This document shows positions 1 to 14,480 of a DNA stretch of 64,000 bases, piece after piece (within the stretch, counting starts at the first letter, position 1; every line of letters begins with the position of its first letter). The translations under genes and the position numbers were made by a program. Under the pieces are notes generated by a model. That model ran no database searches, had not been told where the DNA came from, and worked only from the letters and a program-made list of their open reading frames with translations. Origin of the DNA: Octopus sinensis (taxonomy: Eukaryota); NCBI RefSeq assembly GCF_006345805.1, contig NC_042998.1:103416001-103480000 (forward strand). The letters run 5' to 3'.

Positions 1-337
1 CAAGTATAATAATAAAAGTATAAAAGAATACATACATACATATATCGCTTTTTCCTCTTTTGTCTCGGTCGTCGTTACTTCTGGCTCTCGGTTTATCACG
101 AGGCATTGAGGAAACATCTTCATAATCCTTACTCTACTAGAAATTGCAGTGACATTTCCTTCAAATTACGTTCTGTCATTACATTGAATGATGTAGTCTA
201 AAAAAGGGACGGCTATGGCTGGAATCCCTTTGTTTATAAGTTTGCTCGATTAGTACCAGCTAGAATTAAGTATCAAAGGTCATTAGTTTATATTCGAGCA
301 AACAAAGTCGTTTGACCGGCCAGAAATAGAACCTAAT

Positions 338-760
338 GGCGGTGAGGTGGCAGAAGCGTTAGCACACCGGGCGAAATGCTTAGCAGTATTTCGTCTGCTT
401 TTACGTTCTGAGTTCAAATTCCACCGAGGTCGACTTTGCCTTTCATCCTTTCGGGGTCGGTAAGTTAAATACCAGTTACGCACTGGGGTCGATATAATCG
501 ACTTAATCCGTCTGTCTGTCCTTGTTTGTCTCCTCTGTGTTTAGCCCCTTGTAGGTAGTAAAGAAATAGGTATTTCGGCTACCGGTCTGCCGCTACGTTC
601 TGTGTTCAAATTCTGCCGAGGTCGTTTTTGCCTTTCATCCTTCCGGGTTCGATAAATTAAGTACCAGTTACGCACTAGAATCGATATAATCGACTTAATC
701 CGTTTGTCTATCTTTGTTTGTCCCTTCTATGTTTAGTCTCTTGTGGGCAATAAAGAAATA
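338..760 (+). mobile_element. tRNA-type SINE (family A, my label) with internally duplicated body
   Basis: Head ggcggtgaggtggcagaagcgttagc with B-box-like gagttcaaattcc; the ~190-bp body occurs twice; 16-bp direct repeat agaaatagaacctaat at 322-337 and 761-776 (TSD); homologous copies at 4397, 20473, 23589, 58037. Confidence 0.85.
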
Positions 761-1069
761 AGAAATAGAACCTAATCTCACTCAAACAACATTATCTACC
801 GTCTTAAAAAATGTTGGATGGTATAGACTCACGTATAGTATGTCTCAGAAAAGCAAAAACATGTGATAGTCATGGCTGTAACGTCTTTCCAGTCAAGCCC
901 GACCTGAAGTTGAACCACCTCAATAACTATTGTTCCAGATGACAATAATTCTAAAATGAAAGGCTCCAGCATGAAATTAGTTCTTGGGTGACCGACGCTG
1001 TGTCTCACCTACTTTCTCGCTTCCACTAACGGACATACACACACATGGATGCGCGCGCAGGTAAGCATG

Positions 1070-1105
<36 letters not shown>

Positions 1106-1447
1106 AACAGACTCAGTTTTTCACACCATTTGCCATTTATTTTTGGCATCATATATACCACTAACGTTCACAAGTCACAGCCAACCATTCAAGAGTTGCA
1201 ATTAAGAGAGTTCGTGAAGTCAAAAGAGAGAGAGAGAGAAAGACAGACAGACAGAGAAAGAGACAGAGAAAGCGAGAGAGAGGGGGAAGCATACAGACAA
1301 ACAGAAACAGAGAGACAGACAAAAGACAGAGAGACAGACAGAAGGACAGAGAGAGGGAGACAGAGACAGAGACAGACAGAAGGGGAGCTGTTCGTTTTTT
1401 GGAATACATTGATTTGCTGATTTTTATGTGTGCGTGTGTGTGTGTAT

Positions 1448-1484
<37 letters not shown>

Positions 1485-2181
1485 AACACGTCCTTATTTT
1501 TGTTTTCTTAAATGTAAACCTTTACATAAAAAAGTGTTAAAAACATTGTAAAATGAATGAGAAAATAAAAGATATGTTTATAGTACACCTGTCCCCAAAT
1601 GGATTATTTCTCTGACCCATTTTACACAAACATATTGTATATATATATACACTCACATAAATATTCGTTATTCAAATCGTGTAAACATGGAAGCATTCAA
1701 GCTTAATTTTAGCCGCACACAAACAATGTACCATACTACTTTTCCTGCCGGAGATCTTTTATGTGATTGTGCCACCTGTCGAAATTGCAGCCTCATCTCC
1801 GTCGTATCATTATACCCCCATCGTTTTAATATAAGCAAGGACTCACTGGATAATGTACTTCCAGACGGACAGTACCAAACAAAATAGGCATGAGCTCGAT
1901 GGTCGTGGTCGGAACGCCTTCCCTTCATAAGTCTGCTTGATGCATGTATTAATGTATATGTATATGATACTGGGGTATTGTAAATTTGAAACAAAAAATT
2001 AAAAACTTATTAAATATTGGCGTAGGAGTTGCTGTGTGGTAAGTAGTTTGCTTACCAACCACATGGTTCCGGGTTCAATCCCACAGCGTGGCGCCTTGGA
2101 CAAGTGTCTTCTTCTACAGCCTCGAGCCGACCAAAGCTTTGTAAGTGGATTTGGTAGACGGAAACTGAAAGAAACCAGTCG

Positions 2182-2277
<96 letters not shown>

Positions 2278-2930
2278 CAAAATCAGAAAATGGAGAAATA
2301 CATCTAAATCATTAATCAACTATCAGATAATCCCCAATCACATACTTTATTGAACCACTACATAAGAACATTAAGGTTAAACAAAACAGCGTACATGAAT
2401 GAGTAATACAATACAATAGGTATAATCATTACAAGAGGATATAAATAAATAAATATAAATAGATATAAATACAAATATACACTATATCTTACAGCTGTTT
2501 CGGCCATGCAGATAAATATGCCTCATTTTACCCATATTAGCCATGTATAGTATGCCAATATGGAGTTAAGAATGAGACATTTACAAATATATATATCTTA
2601 AGGCCTCTTCGGAGATTCTAAAGTATAAACTAAATTACATATATACTCATATAAGTGTGGGTACATACCCATAAAAAATCATTTACATATATATATGAGT
2701 GCATATACTCATACTCTTATACATACACATATATATATATACATAATAATACAAATAATATAAATCAATAAAATACATATACATGTTCCACATTCAATGT
2801 TATTCAACTTAATATCAAGATATTATAACGTAGAGAAACATCGACATATTCATACTTCAATGCAGATATATAATACAAGAGTCTTATGTAAGGCATTAAA
2901 TATTTGCACATACATACAAAAAGCAGTCCA
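2278..2930 (-). mobile_element. Penelope-like pseudo-LTR (same family as 18790-20275)
   Basis: Colinear similarity to 18790-19400 (ggagaaatacatctaaatc, cacatactttatt, cttacagctgtttcggccatg, aaggcctcttcggagatt); carries a hammerhead fold; abuts (TA)n. Confidence 0.7.
2486..2618 (-). ncRNA. Putative type I hammerhead ribozyme with expanded stem II
   Basis: Minus strand: ATCT-CCGAAGA-GGCC...(~90 nt)...GGCC-GAAAC-AGCT-GTA-AGAT. Confidence 0.55.
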
Positions 2931-3933
2931 GTTTACATGGTGTTAATTTCCATATATATATATATGTTGTGTGTGTGTGTGTGTGTGTCTGTGTTTGTCC
3001 CCCACCCCACCAACATCGTTTGATAACCGATGCTGGTGAGTTTACGTCCCCGCAGCTTAGCGGTTCGACAAAAGAGACCGATAGAATAAGTACTAAGCTT
3101 ACAAAGAATAAGTCCTGGGGTCGATTTTCTCGACTAAAGGCGGTGCTCCAGCATGGCCGCAGTCAAATGACTGTAACAAGTAAAAGAGTAAAGAGAGTAT
3201 TGAATCACCATCGTGACTCTTAGCCTACCCCCACACACACATACACACTTGCACATACACACACGTTTATTTTTCCGAATCAAATGTTCCACTTACAGCT
3301 TTTCGGATCATAACGTCTCTCCTTACTCCGGTAACAAATACTATTTCATTTCTCTTTTCATATCTGCCATTCGTTTACTCTCTATATTTCAGTTATTTTA
3401 TCACATTACATCTCTCGTTCCCTCCTTTTCGCCCTCTTCCTCTCTCACTCATCATTTTCTTATCCTTCCTGTATTATACTGTCTTTTTTTTATGAATACT
3501 TGTCTCACAAACTACAGGCTCATACCCAGTCAATATCTATCTAATCTAGCACTCCTTATAATTCCTTCTCATTCATCTCTTTCGGCACAGACACTGCTTT
3601 CTCTTCCCCGCGTAACAGAAAACTACAAGCTAACCTGCAAAAAGAAACCCCTTCTCACGTGGTTTGCTTTTGTATATTTTAACATATATATTCTTAGACT
3701 TATTCACACATATAAACATGTATACATCTAAGAGGCAAATTAGTAGACTTGTTAGCGCTTTACATTGAATGCCTTACCGCATTCGGTTATGTTGTCGGCT
3801 GTCAGAGTTCAAATCTCACCAGGTCTACTTTATTATCCTCTTTCGGGATCAATAAATAAAGAACCAGTCCAGTACAAATACCGATTCGATACATCACCCT
3901 CTCTATCTTGCCCCTCTTTCTCTATCTCAGTCA

Positions 3934-3965
<32 letters not shown>

Positions 3966-4396
3966 GTCTGTCTCTCTGTCTCTGTCTCTCTCTGTCTCTC
4001 TTTCTAAATACACTTATTTAATGGACATATAGCTTCTGAGGCACCGTTTATATATACATTTAATCAAGGATACATTCCTCGTGGCTACAGCATATATGAT
4101 GCATCGCTGATAAGGGAGCATCTGATAAGGGAGCACTCAGTATTCAACTGAGCCTGCAATACTTTGCTGATGAGATAAGAATATGGTTGAAATAGGGTCA
4201 AATTTTTTCCGAGCCTACCCAAAACATAAGAAAGCCGAAATGTATGAAATATATTACAAGTCATTGTCAAACTTTTATTTCCCACCACTTTATAATTATT
4301 TCTAAGAGATTGAACCCGAAAGTTTGTGGTTCCTAAATGAGCTTCTTAACCACGCAGCTATGCCTGCGACTATGATGTACATTAAAAATAAATACA

Positions 4397-4984
4397 TTTC
4401 TTTACTACCCACAAGGAGCTAAACACAGAGGGGACAAACAAGGACAGAAAAACGGATTAAGTCGATTACATCGACACCAGTGCGTAACTGGTACTTAATT
4501 TATCGACCCCGAAAGGATGAAAGGCAAAGTCGGCTTCGGCGGAATTTGAACTCGGAACGTAACGACAGACGAAATACTTATTTCTTTACTACCCACAAGG
4601 GGCTAAACACAGAAGGGACAAACAAGGACAGAAAAACGGATTAAGTCGATTACATCGACACCAGTGCGTAACTGGTACTTAATTTATTGACCCTGAAAGG
4701 ATGAAAGGCAAAGTCGACTTCGGCGGAATTTGAACTCGGAACGTAACGACAGACGAAATACTTATTTCTTTACTACCCACAAGGGGCTAAACACAGAGGG
4801 GACAAACAAGGACAGACAAACGGATTAAGTCGATTACATCGACACCAGTGTGTGTGTTACTTAATTTATCGACCCTGAAAGGATGAAAGGCAAAGTCGAC
4901 CTCGGCGGAATGTGAACTCAGAACGTAGCGGCAGACGAAATACCGCTAAGCATTTCGCCCGGCGTGCTAACGTTTCTGCCAGCT
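4397..4984 (-). mobile_element. SINE family A with three tandem ~184-bp bodies
   Basis: tttctttactacccacaagg recurs near 4397, 4581 and 4765; reverse-complement head ends at ttctgccagctc. Confidence 0.85.
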
Positions 4985-5391
4985 CAGAGAAAGAAAGAAA
5001 GAAAGAAAATAAAAGGTAAAGAGAGAGTGAAAGACAATATTGTTAACGTCACCTACTCTGGGAAGAGTTTCATATAGTTATTTATATTCGTGAACGATTT
5101 CCGTTTTAGTTGTAGTAGTATTATAATGTATCAGAATACAGTTTACATCTCTATGAGTCGATAGTTCGTTTTCATTGAAATCATTATAAATGCTAAAGCT
5201 TCCATCTGGTCAGTGAGGTCACTGTGGAAGCGATTGTAGTCGGACAACAGTGAGTTGTTAACGATCGTTAATTGCCAGGTGCTGCCATCTAATGACCGGT
5301 CATAAAAATACCGAAAACTCCTTTTGTGTGCGTGAAGAAGTGGAGAAGTTAAGTTATACAGAAAGACACTGATAAGGTTGTTGTTGTTGTG

Positions 5392-5423
<32 letters not shown>

Positions 5424-6204
5424 GGTGGTGGTGGTGGTGGTGGTGTGTGTGTGTGTGTGTGTAAGGGGGAGTAATGATGATGTTAGTGGGTGAGGTTTGG
5501 ATCATGGGGGTTAGTCTTGATTGGTGCGGGGTTGCTTGGTTTAATTCCTTGATTATGCATGCATGGTATGTATGTATACATGTACGGGGTGTATCTGTTT
5601 ATGAATACATACATACTTAAGCGTAATTACACAAACACCCTCCACACGCGTACACACACACACACATACACACACACACACACACACTGATACACACATC
5701 ACATACATACGGGCATTTACATAGTTGTATAGGTTTAGTTCATGACATGGATCGTTGGCTCATTGAACCTTATTTAAAAGATAATGTTTGATATAGGTGT
5801 GCGCGTACACACATACATACATGCATACAGGCGCATATACACATATACTCATACACTCACAAACACTTATCTACATACAATATTAAGCGCTTGACTAAAT
5901 CCATGCAAATATGTGTATATTCACATGTAGATAAATGCAATCGCATATAAGAAGGCATACATTCACGCCAGTATGTCTGTGTATGGCTATCTGTGTGTGT
6001 GTATGTGTGTGCATTTTTGCACATACATTGTATATGTCTGCATTTTTGTTTGCGAAGTGCATTCTGTCTGCCTGTCTTTCTATCTATTTAGCTACATATA
6101 TACATACATACATACAATACATACATACATAGATACATACATGATGAAGGCCGTCCACTCGTGATCAGGAAGTCCATTGCTGACCTTCAGGAATATTGTG
6201 CATG

Positions 6205-6315
6205 CATACATACATACATACATACATACATACATACATACATACATACATACATACATACATACATACATACATACATACATACATACATACATACATA
6301 CATACATACATACAT
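6205..6315. repeat. (TACA)n microsatellite
   Basis: Direct inspection. Confidence 0.95.
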
Positions 6316-7920
6316 TGTAATTCACAACAAGATACGCTTTTGATAAAACAGTTGCTCCGGCAAAGCAAATTAAATAAAATTTGGGATATTTGCGGAGGGA
6401 CAGTGAAAACAAACAGGAAGGGCTGCTAAGCCTAAACGAGGTTTTGGTGGCGAACGCGTTTAGGAGACAGACAAGAACACGTCCTCCTTGATCCAGCTAC
6501 AACGGAGAGAAACACTAGTTAGGAGAAGAAAGATGGCCGATGGTCATGTGGGTGCCACGTGAGCAAAGGAGAAAGAGTGAGGGAGAGAGAGTGACAAACA
6601 GAGAACTGTGAAGGGGAGAGGAAACAATTTGGAGGTAGGATAAGTGAGAAAAAACAGGAGGGGGAAAAGTGGAGGTAGGAGAATAAGAATAAGAAAGAAA
6701 CAGAGAAAGAGTATTAGGATAGAATAATGGAAGAAGAGGAGGTAAAAGAATAAGAGAGAGAGGAAGAGAGAAAAACGAAAGAGTAAAAGGATAGGATAGA
6801 GTGCGCATCAGAATTATTAAGATAAAACTTACTGAGAAGAGGATGCATGGCGTTCAATCATATAATAATATAAAATAATATGTGTGTGTGTGTGTGTGTG
6901 TGTGCGTGCGTGCGTGTGGGCACAGGACGTCACTCCCTCTCTCTCACACACACATTATTTATTTATGTCGTCGAATACGATGATCTTCTTGCACTTGAAC
7001 TGTCTGTCCTTTGATGACCATACTTATTAAAGCGCAGTAGCAACCTTATAAGCGACCGAAAAATCCTAACAGCTATCTGCTACCTACGCTACACCTACCC
7101 CTGTACTCTCACAATGAAGGAAATTACGGATGTGGTTGTCGATGAACTTCAAGCTTGTCTCTCACAACCAAAAAAAACCGACCTCTCCTAAGATCTTTTT
7201 ATCCATGATCCATAAAGTAGTAACAAATTATTGAGGAACGAAAATTTATAGTAACATTGAGTTGCGTATTTCTCAGTTTCATTCACCGAATCTCGAGTAA
7301 ATCTTAGAAATTTTCCAAATTAATATCTGTGTATATATGCATAAATGCATGCGTGTATACACAAATTTACACAATCGTATGAAAAGTTTTTTTTTTTAAA
7401 TAGATATTTGAAGTAGACATCCTTTTTATCGCCGCCACTTTCAAATTTAAGTTTTGTAAAATTACAGTGTTTTCAGTATTAGCATTTCAGAAATAGGTAG
7501 AAAGAGGCCATTAAGAAATGGAAAATAAGACAACAGAATGGAAAGGGGGCTTAAAGAAGTTACTTGACGTTAAAGTTGATTTTTTTACGAAGGTTTATTG
7601 CGAGGAGAATATCTCAGTCATATTGCAAACAAGGGAAATGATTGCAACGTGGGGAATTGGAATGTACAAATTTTCAGTACTAACACAAACATGAAACAAA
7701 ATGATTGTTTCTCTTGAATGATTTTGCTTCAAGTATGAATATCCTCGTCTTTTCAGGGCGTACAAACTTACACAAAACTACAAAATTTACTAGATTTTTA
7801 CCGGTGCTGACCACTACAATCAAGACCATTAACTGCACAGATTTTAAAAACAAATTGCTGCAATGAGCTTCATAAGGAAAAGTTACAGAGTGTATAGATC
7901 AACAATGAAACTGGGCGTAA

Positions 7921-8308
7921 TCTATATATATAAAGCTGAAGTTGTTTGTGTGTGGCAGGTTTGGTAGCCTTCAACTAACACTATCTCCTCCGAGATTCTG
8001 CGGTGCAAGTTGACCAAAATTGAGAGTATGATAGAAGGCTAGCTCTTCATTCCGTAGAAGATAAATTTCAAATTGGACCATGTTAACACCAAAAATTATT
8101 TACATCAAAAAGGTGCTTTTTTTTCTATGAAAATCCTTATTTTTTACGATTTTTTGACTGCTGTGTCGCCATTTTTCTATGTATTTCAACCAGAAAACTG
8201 TTCACTTAAAGAGAATAACAAGCTACATAATGCAAAATTTTTACTTTTCAAAAATTCCAATTCTAAAGGGTCGAAACAAACCCGAGCAACGCCGGGCGAT
8301 ACTGCTAG
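7921..8308 (+). mobile_element. Non-autonomous Helitron
   Basis: Starts TCTATATATATAAA after an A; ends with GC hairpin cccgagcaacgccggg (8281-8296), then CTAG (8305-8308) before a T; A|TC...CTAG|T with no TSD is the canonical Helitron signature. Confidence 0.85.
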
Positions 8309-9579
8309 TATATTGATAAACATGACGTTCAACCAAGCCAAAGCTAAAAGTTTATTATCTAACATACTTCAATTTAAATGTATACGCTCTACTACGTGTC
8401 TAAAAACGATTATTTTCATAAATAAAAGAAGTCATTATTTCTTCGGAACAAAAGTAAAAGTTAAAAAGAATACTTCCCTCCATAGGAATGCACCTCAATC
8501 TACAATAAGAAGAAAAGATGTTCCGCGCCACAAAAATTTCTCGTTTCGATAAAACTTTCATGAATGCAAACCTTCCGTAACATGGGGAATTGTTCTATAA
8601 AAATGTTTTAGCTTTAAAGCTGCGGTCATGCTTGTTATGTAATATTATCAATAATAACATAAACATAAAAAAAGTTTCCCTTGAAGGATTTTGCTTCAAG
8701 TATCTTTTCAGGACATACGAACTTACTAGATTTTTGCCGGCGCAAACCACTACTTCTTTCTTCCTACTCTGGTTTTTATATAGTTTAATGTATAGCCTAT
8801 TATAAGAAGGTGGCCTTCCTTCGGCATCATGATGATTACAAAGCTAAAACAGTAATTGGCCCAAGCACTTGGTGGCCTACCAAATAAAACTTGCCCGTTC
8901 TCATCTTACGCTTGACCGGGGTTTGCAGCCTGATCAAAAGTAATGCGATTAGGAAGTAAGTATACATGGTTTACGAATATAAACCAGTGCAACATTTGTG
9001 ATTTGTATAATAGAGAAAAGGTCTGCAACAAATGTCAGGCTTATTAATATGATTTTTTTTTACTTGAGCTCAACCACAGAAAAAAATTCTATTTCGCTAC
9101 ATTAAGTAAATTTTTAATATCGTTAAAACCTACAAAATGTGGTAATGCTGCTCGATGGAGGTTGATATACGGCTTCTTTAATTTGTCAATTATTTGGTAT
9201 CACTATAGGCTCTAAATTCGGCCGCTTCCATATTTATCGTTGCTGTACTGAGATTTTGATTCGAGGTTTTAAAAAGAACAGGTACAGCAGTTTCTAGAAG
9301 TATCTGAGGTTATTGTCGTTGTAATTTATGATATATCTGTCCTTGTGTGAGGCATTGGCCTTTGTTGTTGATTTAAAGCAAACCACAGCCACGTCTGACC
9401 GTCAATATTGACTTTAGCCATAACAAAATGGGATAAGCCAAGTTCGTCGACATGACTCGGTAATTTTCCCAGCTTACTAATACCGACCTCAAAGGACACA
9501 CATTTTTTTACACGCACTACTGTATAAATATATAAATAAACAAGTATAAAGGTGTATGGGTGTGTGAGCGCGCGCGCGT

Positions 9580-9945
<366 letters not shown>

Positions 9946-10799
9946 CGCGCGTGCGTGCGTTCGTGCGTGTGCGGGAGTGCGTGCATGTGGGATTGTAGCG
10001 ATGATAACGGTTGAATGCGTTCAATGGGCTGAGCCTTACACGAGTTACCTGAAGTCTAGTGCCGACAAAGTAAGGTCTCGATGAGAGGGTATGGTGCTAG
10101 TCTATAATACAACACAATAGATACTAGTTTAACAATATATGTAGATTCGCTTGTTTGTTGTTTATTTCTTTTATTTACTTCATTATTTTGTAGTTATTTA
10201 TGTATTCTTGTTTCATCCTATTTATTTTTATATCATTCATTCTACCTTATGATATTTGAAAAATATATTTCTCACCTAATTCATTCAAGATATTATTAGA
10301 AAAATTGGTAACGGCATTGAAAAGACTAAAATTATATTTTATTTGCTTTTATGTGTTTCTATATATTTATTTCTTTTTATTTCTTTTTATTATATTTCTT
10401 CTTTTAGCGTGTGCGGACTATTCATTCCTTGTTTGTTGGTTTCTCCCATAAGGGGTCAAATTTTAGCCTCAGGCGCAAACACCTGTTCAACCGAGGTGAT
10501 ACATGCATACGCGCTTATACACAAAGAAACACATACATACATGCATACATACTCACATTCGCACATGCATAGACACACAAGGACTTATATATGGAGATGT
10601 GTATACACTTGTCTACCTTGGAAATTGAAGCGTATAATTCGCCACTCTAAACTTGAAAACAAATCCCCTTCTGAATCAGGTGTGACTTAGACACCCAGAA
10701 TAAATATATAATACAGATTTTTGCTTCATTGGAGAAACTAGGAGTTTGGGCCAAACCTTTTACACTCAAAATCTTGTAATTATTCGAAGTACCAGAGTT

Positions 10800-10881
10800 G
10801 TATGTATGTACGAAGGTATGTATGTAATGTATGTATGTATGTATGTATGTATGTATGTATGTATGTATGTATGTATGTATG

Positions 10882-10963
<82 letters not shown>

Positions 10964-11090
10964 TGTATGTATGTGTGTGTATGTATGTATGTATGCATGT
11001 GTGTATGTATGTATGCATGTATCTATATGCGTATATATGCATGTATGTATCTGTGTATGTATGTATGTATGTATGATGTATGTATGTATG

Positions 11091-11122
<32 letters not shown>

Positions 11123-11200
11123 CATGTATGTACTCATGTATGTATGTGCGCATGTATTCATGTACGTATGTAAGCGTGTATGTGCGTACATATGTATGTA
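10800..11200. repeat. Compound (TATG)n/(TA)n microsatellite
   Basis: Direct inspection. Confidence 0.95.
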
Positions 11201-11396
11201 TTATCTAAGTTATAATTTTATATTCGGCTACACACTATGTAGTACACTGTTTAAAGCATGTTCACAGTATTTGGCTACCTGATGTCAACAACAGTATGGA
11301 GGTATATGCCATTGGATTTACTTCAGGAATTCCTTTGTGTCCGTAGAGTTTATAAAAAAATATGATAGAAAGAAAATGGAATTCACTAGACTCTTT

Positions 11397-11503
11397 ATTC
11401 ACTACGATCGTTTCGATCCACCATGCAAAAGTACTTTACAGGTGAAATAGTGTACAAACAGTTGTGTTACATCGTAAGTGCAGATACGTCTCTTCAAGTG
11501 AAT
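11397..11503 (-). ncRNA. Hammerhead-like motif (U3 variant, long stem II region)
   Basis: Minus strand: ATTCAC-TTGAAGA-GA...TC-GAAAC-GATC-GTA-GTGAAT; perfect 6-bp stem I and palindromic stem III (ACGATCGT), but stem II is only ~2 bp and C3 is U. Confidence 0.45.
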
Positions 11504-11574
11504 TTTCTTGCTGGTTTGCTTATTTCTATAACAATGCATTTTGGTAATTGTAGCGTATTACGTGTCTCTATAAG

Positions 11575-11728
11575 GAACTTAGTTTCTGCCAACCAAATCC
11601 ACTCACAACGATTTGGTCGGCCCGAGGCTATAGGAGTAGACACTAGCCCAAGGTGTCATCCAGTGGGACTGAATCCGGAAGCTTATGGTTGGGAAGTAAA
11701 CTTCTTACCACACTGAGACGCCTGCGCC
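11575..11728 (-). mobile_element. SINE family B head
   Basis: Reverse complement of the 2019/46971 head (ccaaatccactcac...gggactgaatccgg...cgcctgcgcc). Confidence 0.75.
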
Positions 11729-11811
11729 TATCACACACACACACACACAAACACACAAATGCATATATATTTATGCATACATTTGTATATATATATGAAT
11801 ATGTATGTATA

Positions 11812-11852
<41 letters not shown>

Positions 11853-11914
11853 TATATATATTACATACATATGTATCTATGTACGTATGTATGTATGTAT
11901 GTATGTATGTATGC

Positions 11915-11954
<40 letters not shown>

Positions 11955-13990
11955 TATATACATACGAATATAGAATAAAATATATTTTGACTGGGACTCT
12001 AAGTTTCGCCTGACGGCTTATTCAACCGGTCTATGGTATTGTTTTCGTTAAACATGTAGCAAAATAATAACCGTTACTGAATATTTATATACATGCATCC
12101 CTGGGAAAATGTATATGGATATATACACACAGACTTGCATATATACATACATATATATACACATATATGTGTATGTGTGTAATCATACATACATACATAC
12201 ATACATACACACGTAGCCACATACTTACATATATGTATATAAGTATATCCATTAGCTCAGTTGGTGAGGTAATGCGAATTCATAAGCGATTCTTCTCTGG
12301 TCTCGTATATAATCAGATGATAAGTACAGAGCGTAATGTTAATTAACAAATGTCTTAATTGTAGACGAAGCTATTGCATATCACACTATCGCGCACTTCT
12401 GTGTGTGTTGTTCCTTATAGCTGTTCCTTGTGTCTGATCTTTATAGCAATTCCTTATGGCATCTCCTTATAGCCCTCGTATTAAAGCATAAAGAAAGTCA
12501 AAACAACGCTCTGCCAAATGATATCGCAACAGGCGGGACTGAACATATGTATACTCCGCTGCAGTTGCTGGTGCATCATTGCAGTTATTGATTGTTGTTG
12601 TAGTATATGGGTGTGTCTATAATACTGCATTCGCGCTTGAGTGTATCACTTGCTAATTGTATACTTATAACTCTTGTGACGTCTGCATTTCAATTAAGGA
12701 GAATTGAGGATTATATCATAACTATTTTTCTGAGAATATTAAAGCCCTGTTTGAACGAGACAAATTTTAACAACTTCCCTGAAGATAACTTAATTTCCAC
12801 CATTTCCATTTTTGCTCCCAACAACATACTGAAATGTAATTAATCGACTGACGGATGTTAAGTGACACACTCTGTAAACAAGAAACCGAAGCTATCGGCA
12901 TTATATTATATTATAACTGCATCTAACATAGTAAAATATATATATTTATTCATAATATATTTGTCAGTCTCAATGTTTGCATATATGTTTTACTTGCATA
13001 TATCGGCGAAGAACATAAATATCGACGAGAACAGAAGAAAATAACCGTTTTACGAACAAATTCCCTTGAGATATTTGTTCTGCATCAAATTACAGATATC
13101 GTTCTCGTCATCACAAATTTAAAGAAATGCTGATTGACTTGTTGGAAATCTGATCTACCAACGCTGGTGTTCACCAATTATAATACAAAATAAAAACAAA
13201 TACATATAAATATCAAGTAGATCTCATGTTGCCAAACTTTTCCTTATTCCTCTTTGTGATAATACAATGATGAAACCAGTACACGAACTTTTCTTTGCGA
13301 TAGTGAATCACTTTTCCCCTTAACATAACTCAATTTTTCAAGATATTTCTAAATTTAAAGTGCAAACACAAAGTCATCTGTAGGTTTTTTTCACGTTTCA
13401 AACAAAAGAACGATCGTAAATTAACCGCTATCACTTGTTCGAATCCTCTCTAGGAATAAACCATATGTCATTACGTACGTTATCAGATGCACAGATTGCC
13501 ATTCATCAAGCGACGAAACATTCTTACAAAGAATTGCCGTTGAAGATCAAATGAAGGGAAGTATTTATGGGTAAAAAGATATCGCTACAAAATTTAATGA
13601 TGTCACACTATACACTTTATAATTTAATTAAGAAATGTATTCTTACACAAATAAGGAAATAGACACACGCATACATATTCATTTAGACAGACACTTGCTG
13701 AGATATACGGTCACTCAGACACAGCTTCACACAAACTCATGAACACACATATGCGTTCACTACCACAAATACATATGTGAATAAACGTGTATATCAACGG
13801 ACACACATACATGCATGAATCTATCAAACCATGTGTATATACATTCATACATACACATACGTATAGACGCATGCAATACTAGGCGTCATCATACCAGAAA
13901 AGACACAGCTAATTACATTACAATAACAAAGCTTTAATGGAACTTTGAAAATCTGTAAAACATTGCAGAAGTTTGGTCAAGAATTACATA

Positions 13991-14480
13991 TACAAGGGAA
14001 GTAAAAAATTACATGGAGATTCGTCAAAACTTTCGTTGGGTTGACTGCACTGCTTTCAACGCTCGCATGCAAAAAATAGTACATGTTCAGTTACGTAACT
14101 TAGGTTTAACCATGATGAGCTCCATTTTTTTTCTTGTTTTACAGAGAAAACATAGCCACTCTGCAAGCAGTATAACCAAGGAAGTACAGAGATCAGTCAC
14201 CCGACTTCGTTGGTCTTAAGGTGTGTTAGGGGTTGAAATTCATCTCAAGCTTTCAGTACAATACGAGGACAGCACTTTAATGAGTCGAAGTGTGTATGAG
14301 TGGATTGAGAAGTTTAAAACTGATGGGACAACCACGGAAGACGAAGAGGGATCAGGACTGCCATCAACCTTCAACACTGACTCAACAAGCTCGAGAGATG
14401 CCACTTCATCGAGTGACCATCGATGAGGCGGCTTGTTCTCAGCAATTTAGTCATGGTTCTGTATACAAAATCTTCCTCTA
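13991..14480 (+). mobile_element. Degenerate mariner fragment (transposase N-terminal HTH)
   Basis: GVEIHLKLSVQYEDSTLMSRSVYEWIEKFKTDGTTTEDEEGSGLPST resembles the mariner N-terminus (EIHxxL..YG...VYxW..F..G....D..RSGRP); disrupted downstream. Confidence 0.6.

Larger units (their letters stand above)
2019..3195 (+). mobile_element. tRNA-type SINE (family B), split by an insertion in its central microsatellite
   Basis: Head 2019-2190 (ggcgtaggagttgctgtgtggtaag...ggttcaatccc) and tail ~2960-3195 match the uninterrupted copy at 46971-47405; a pLTR-like sequence lies between them (2278-2930). Confidence 0.8.

Noticed and set aside
12250-12300. tRNA-like tagctcagttggtgag
   Set aside because: Only an A-box-like fragment; no cloverleaf or T-loop follows.
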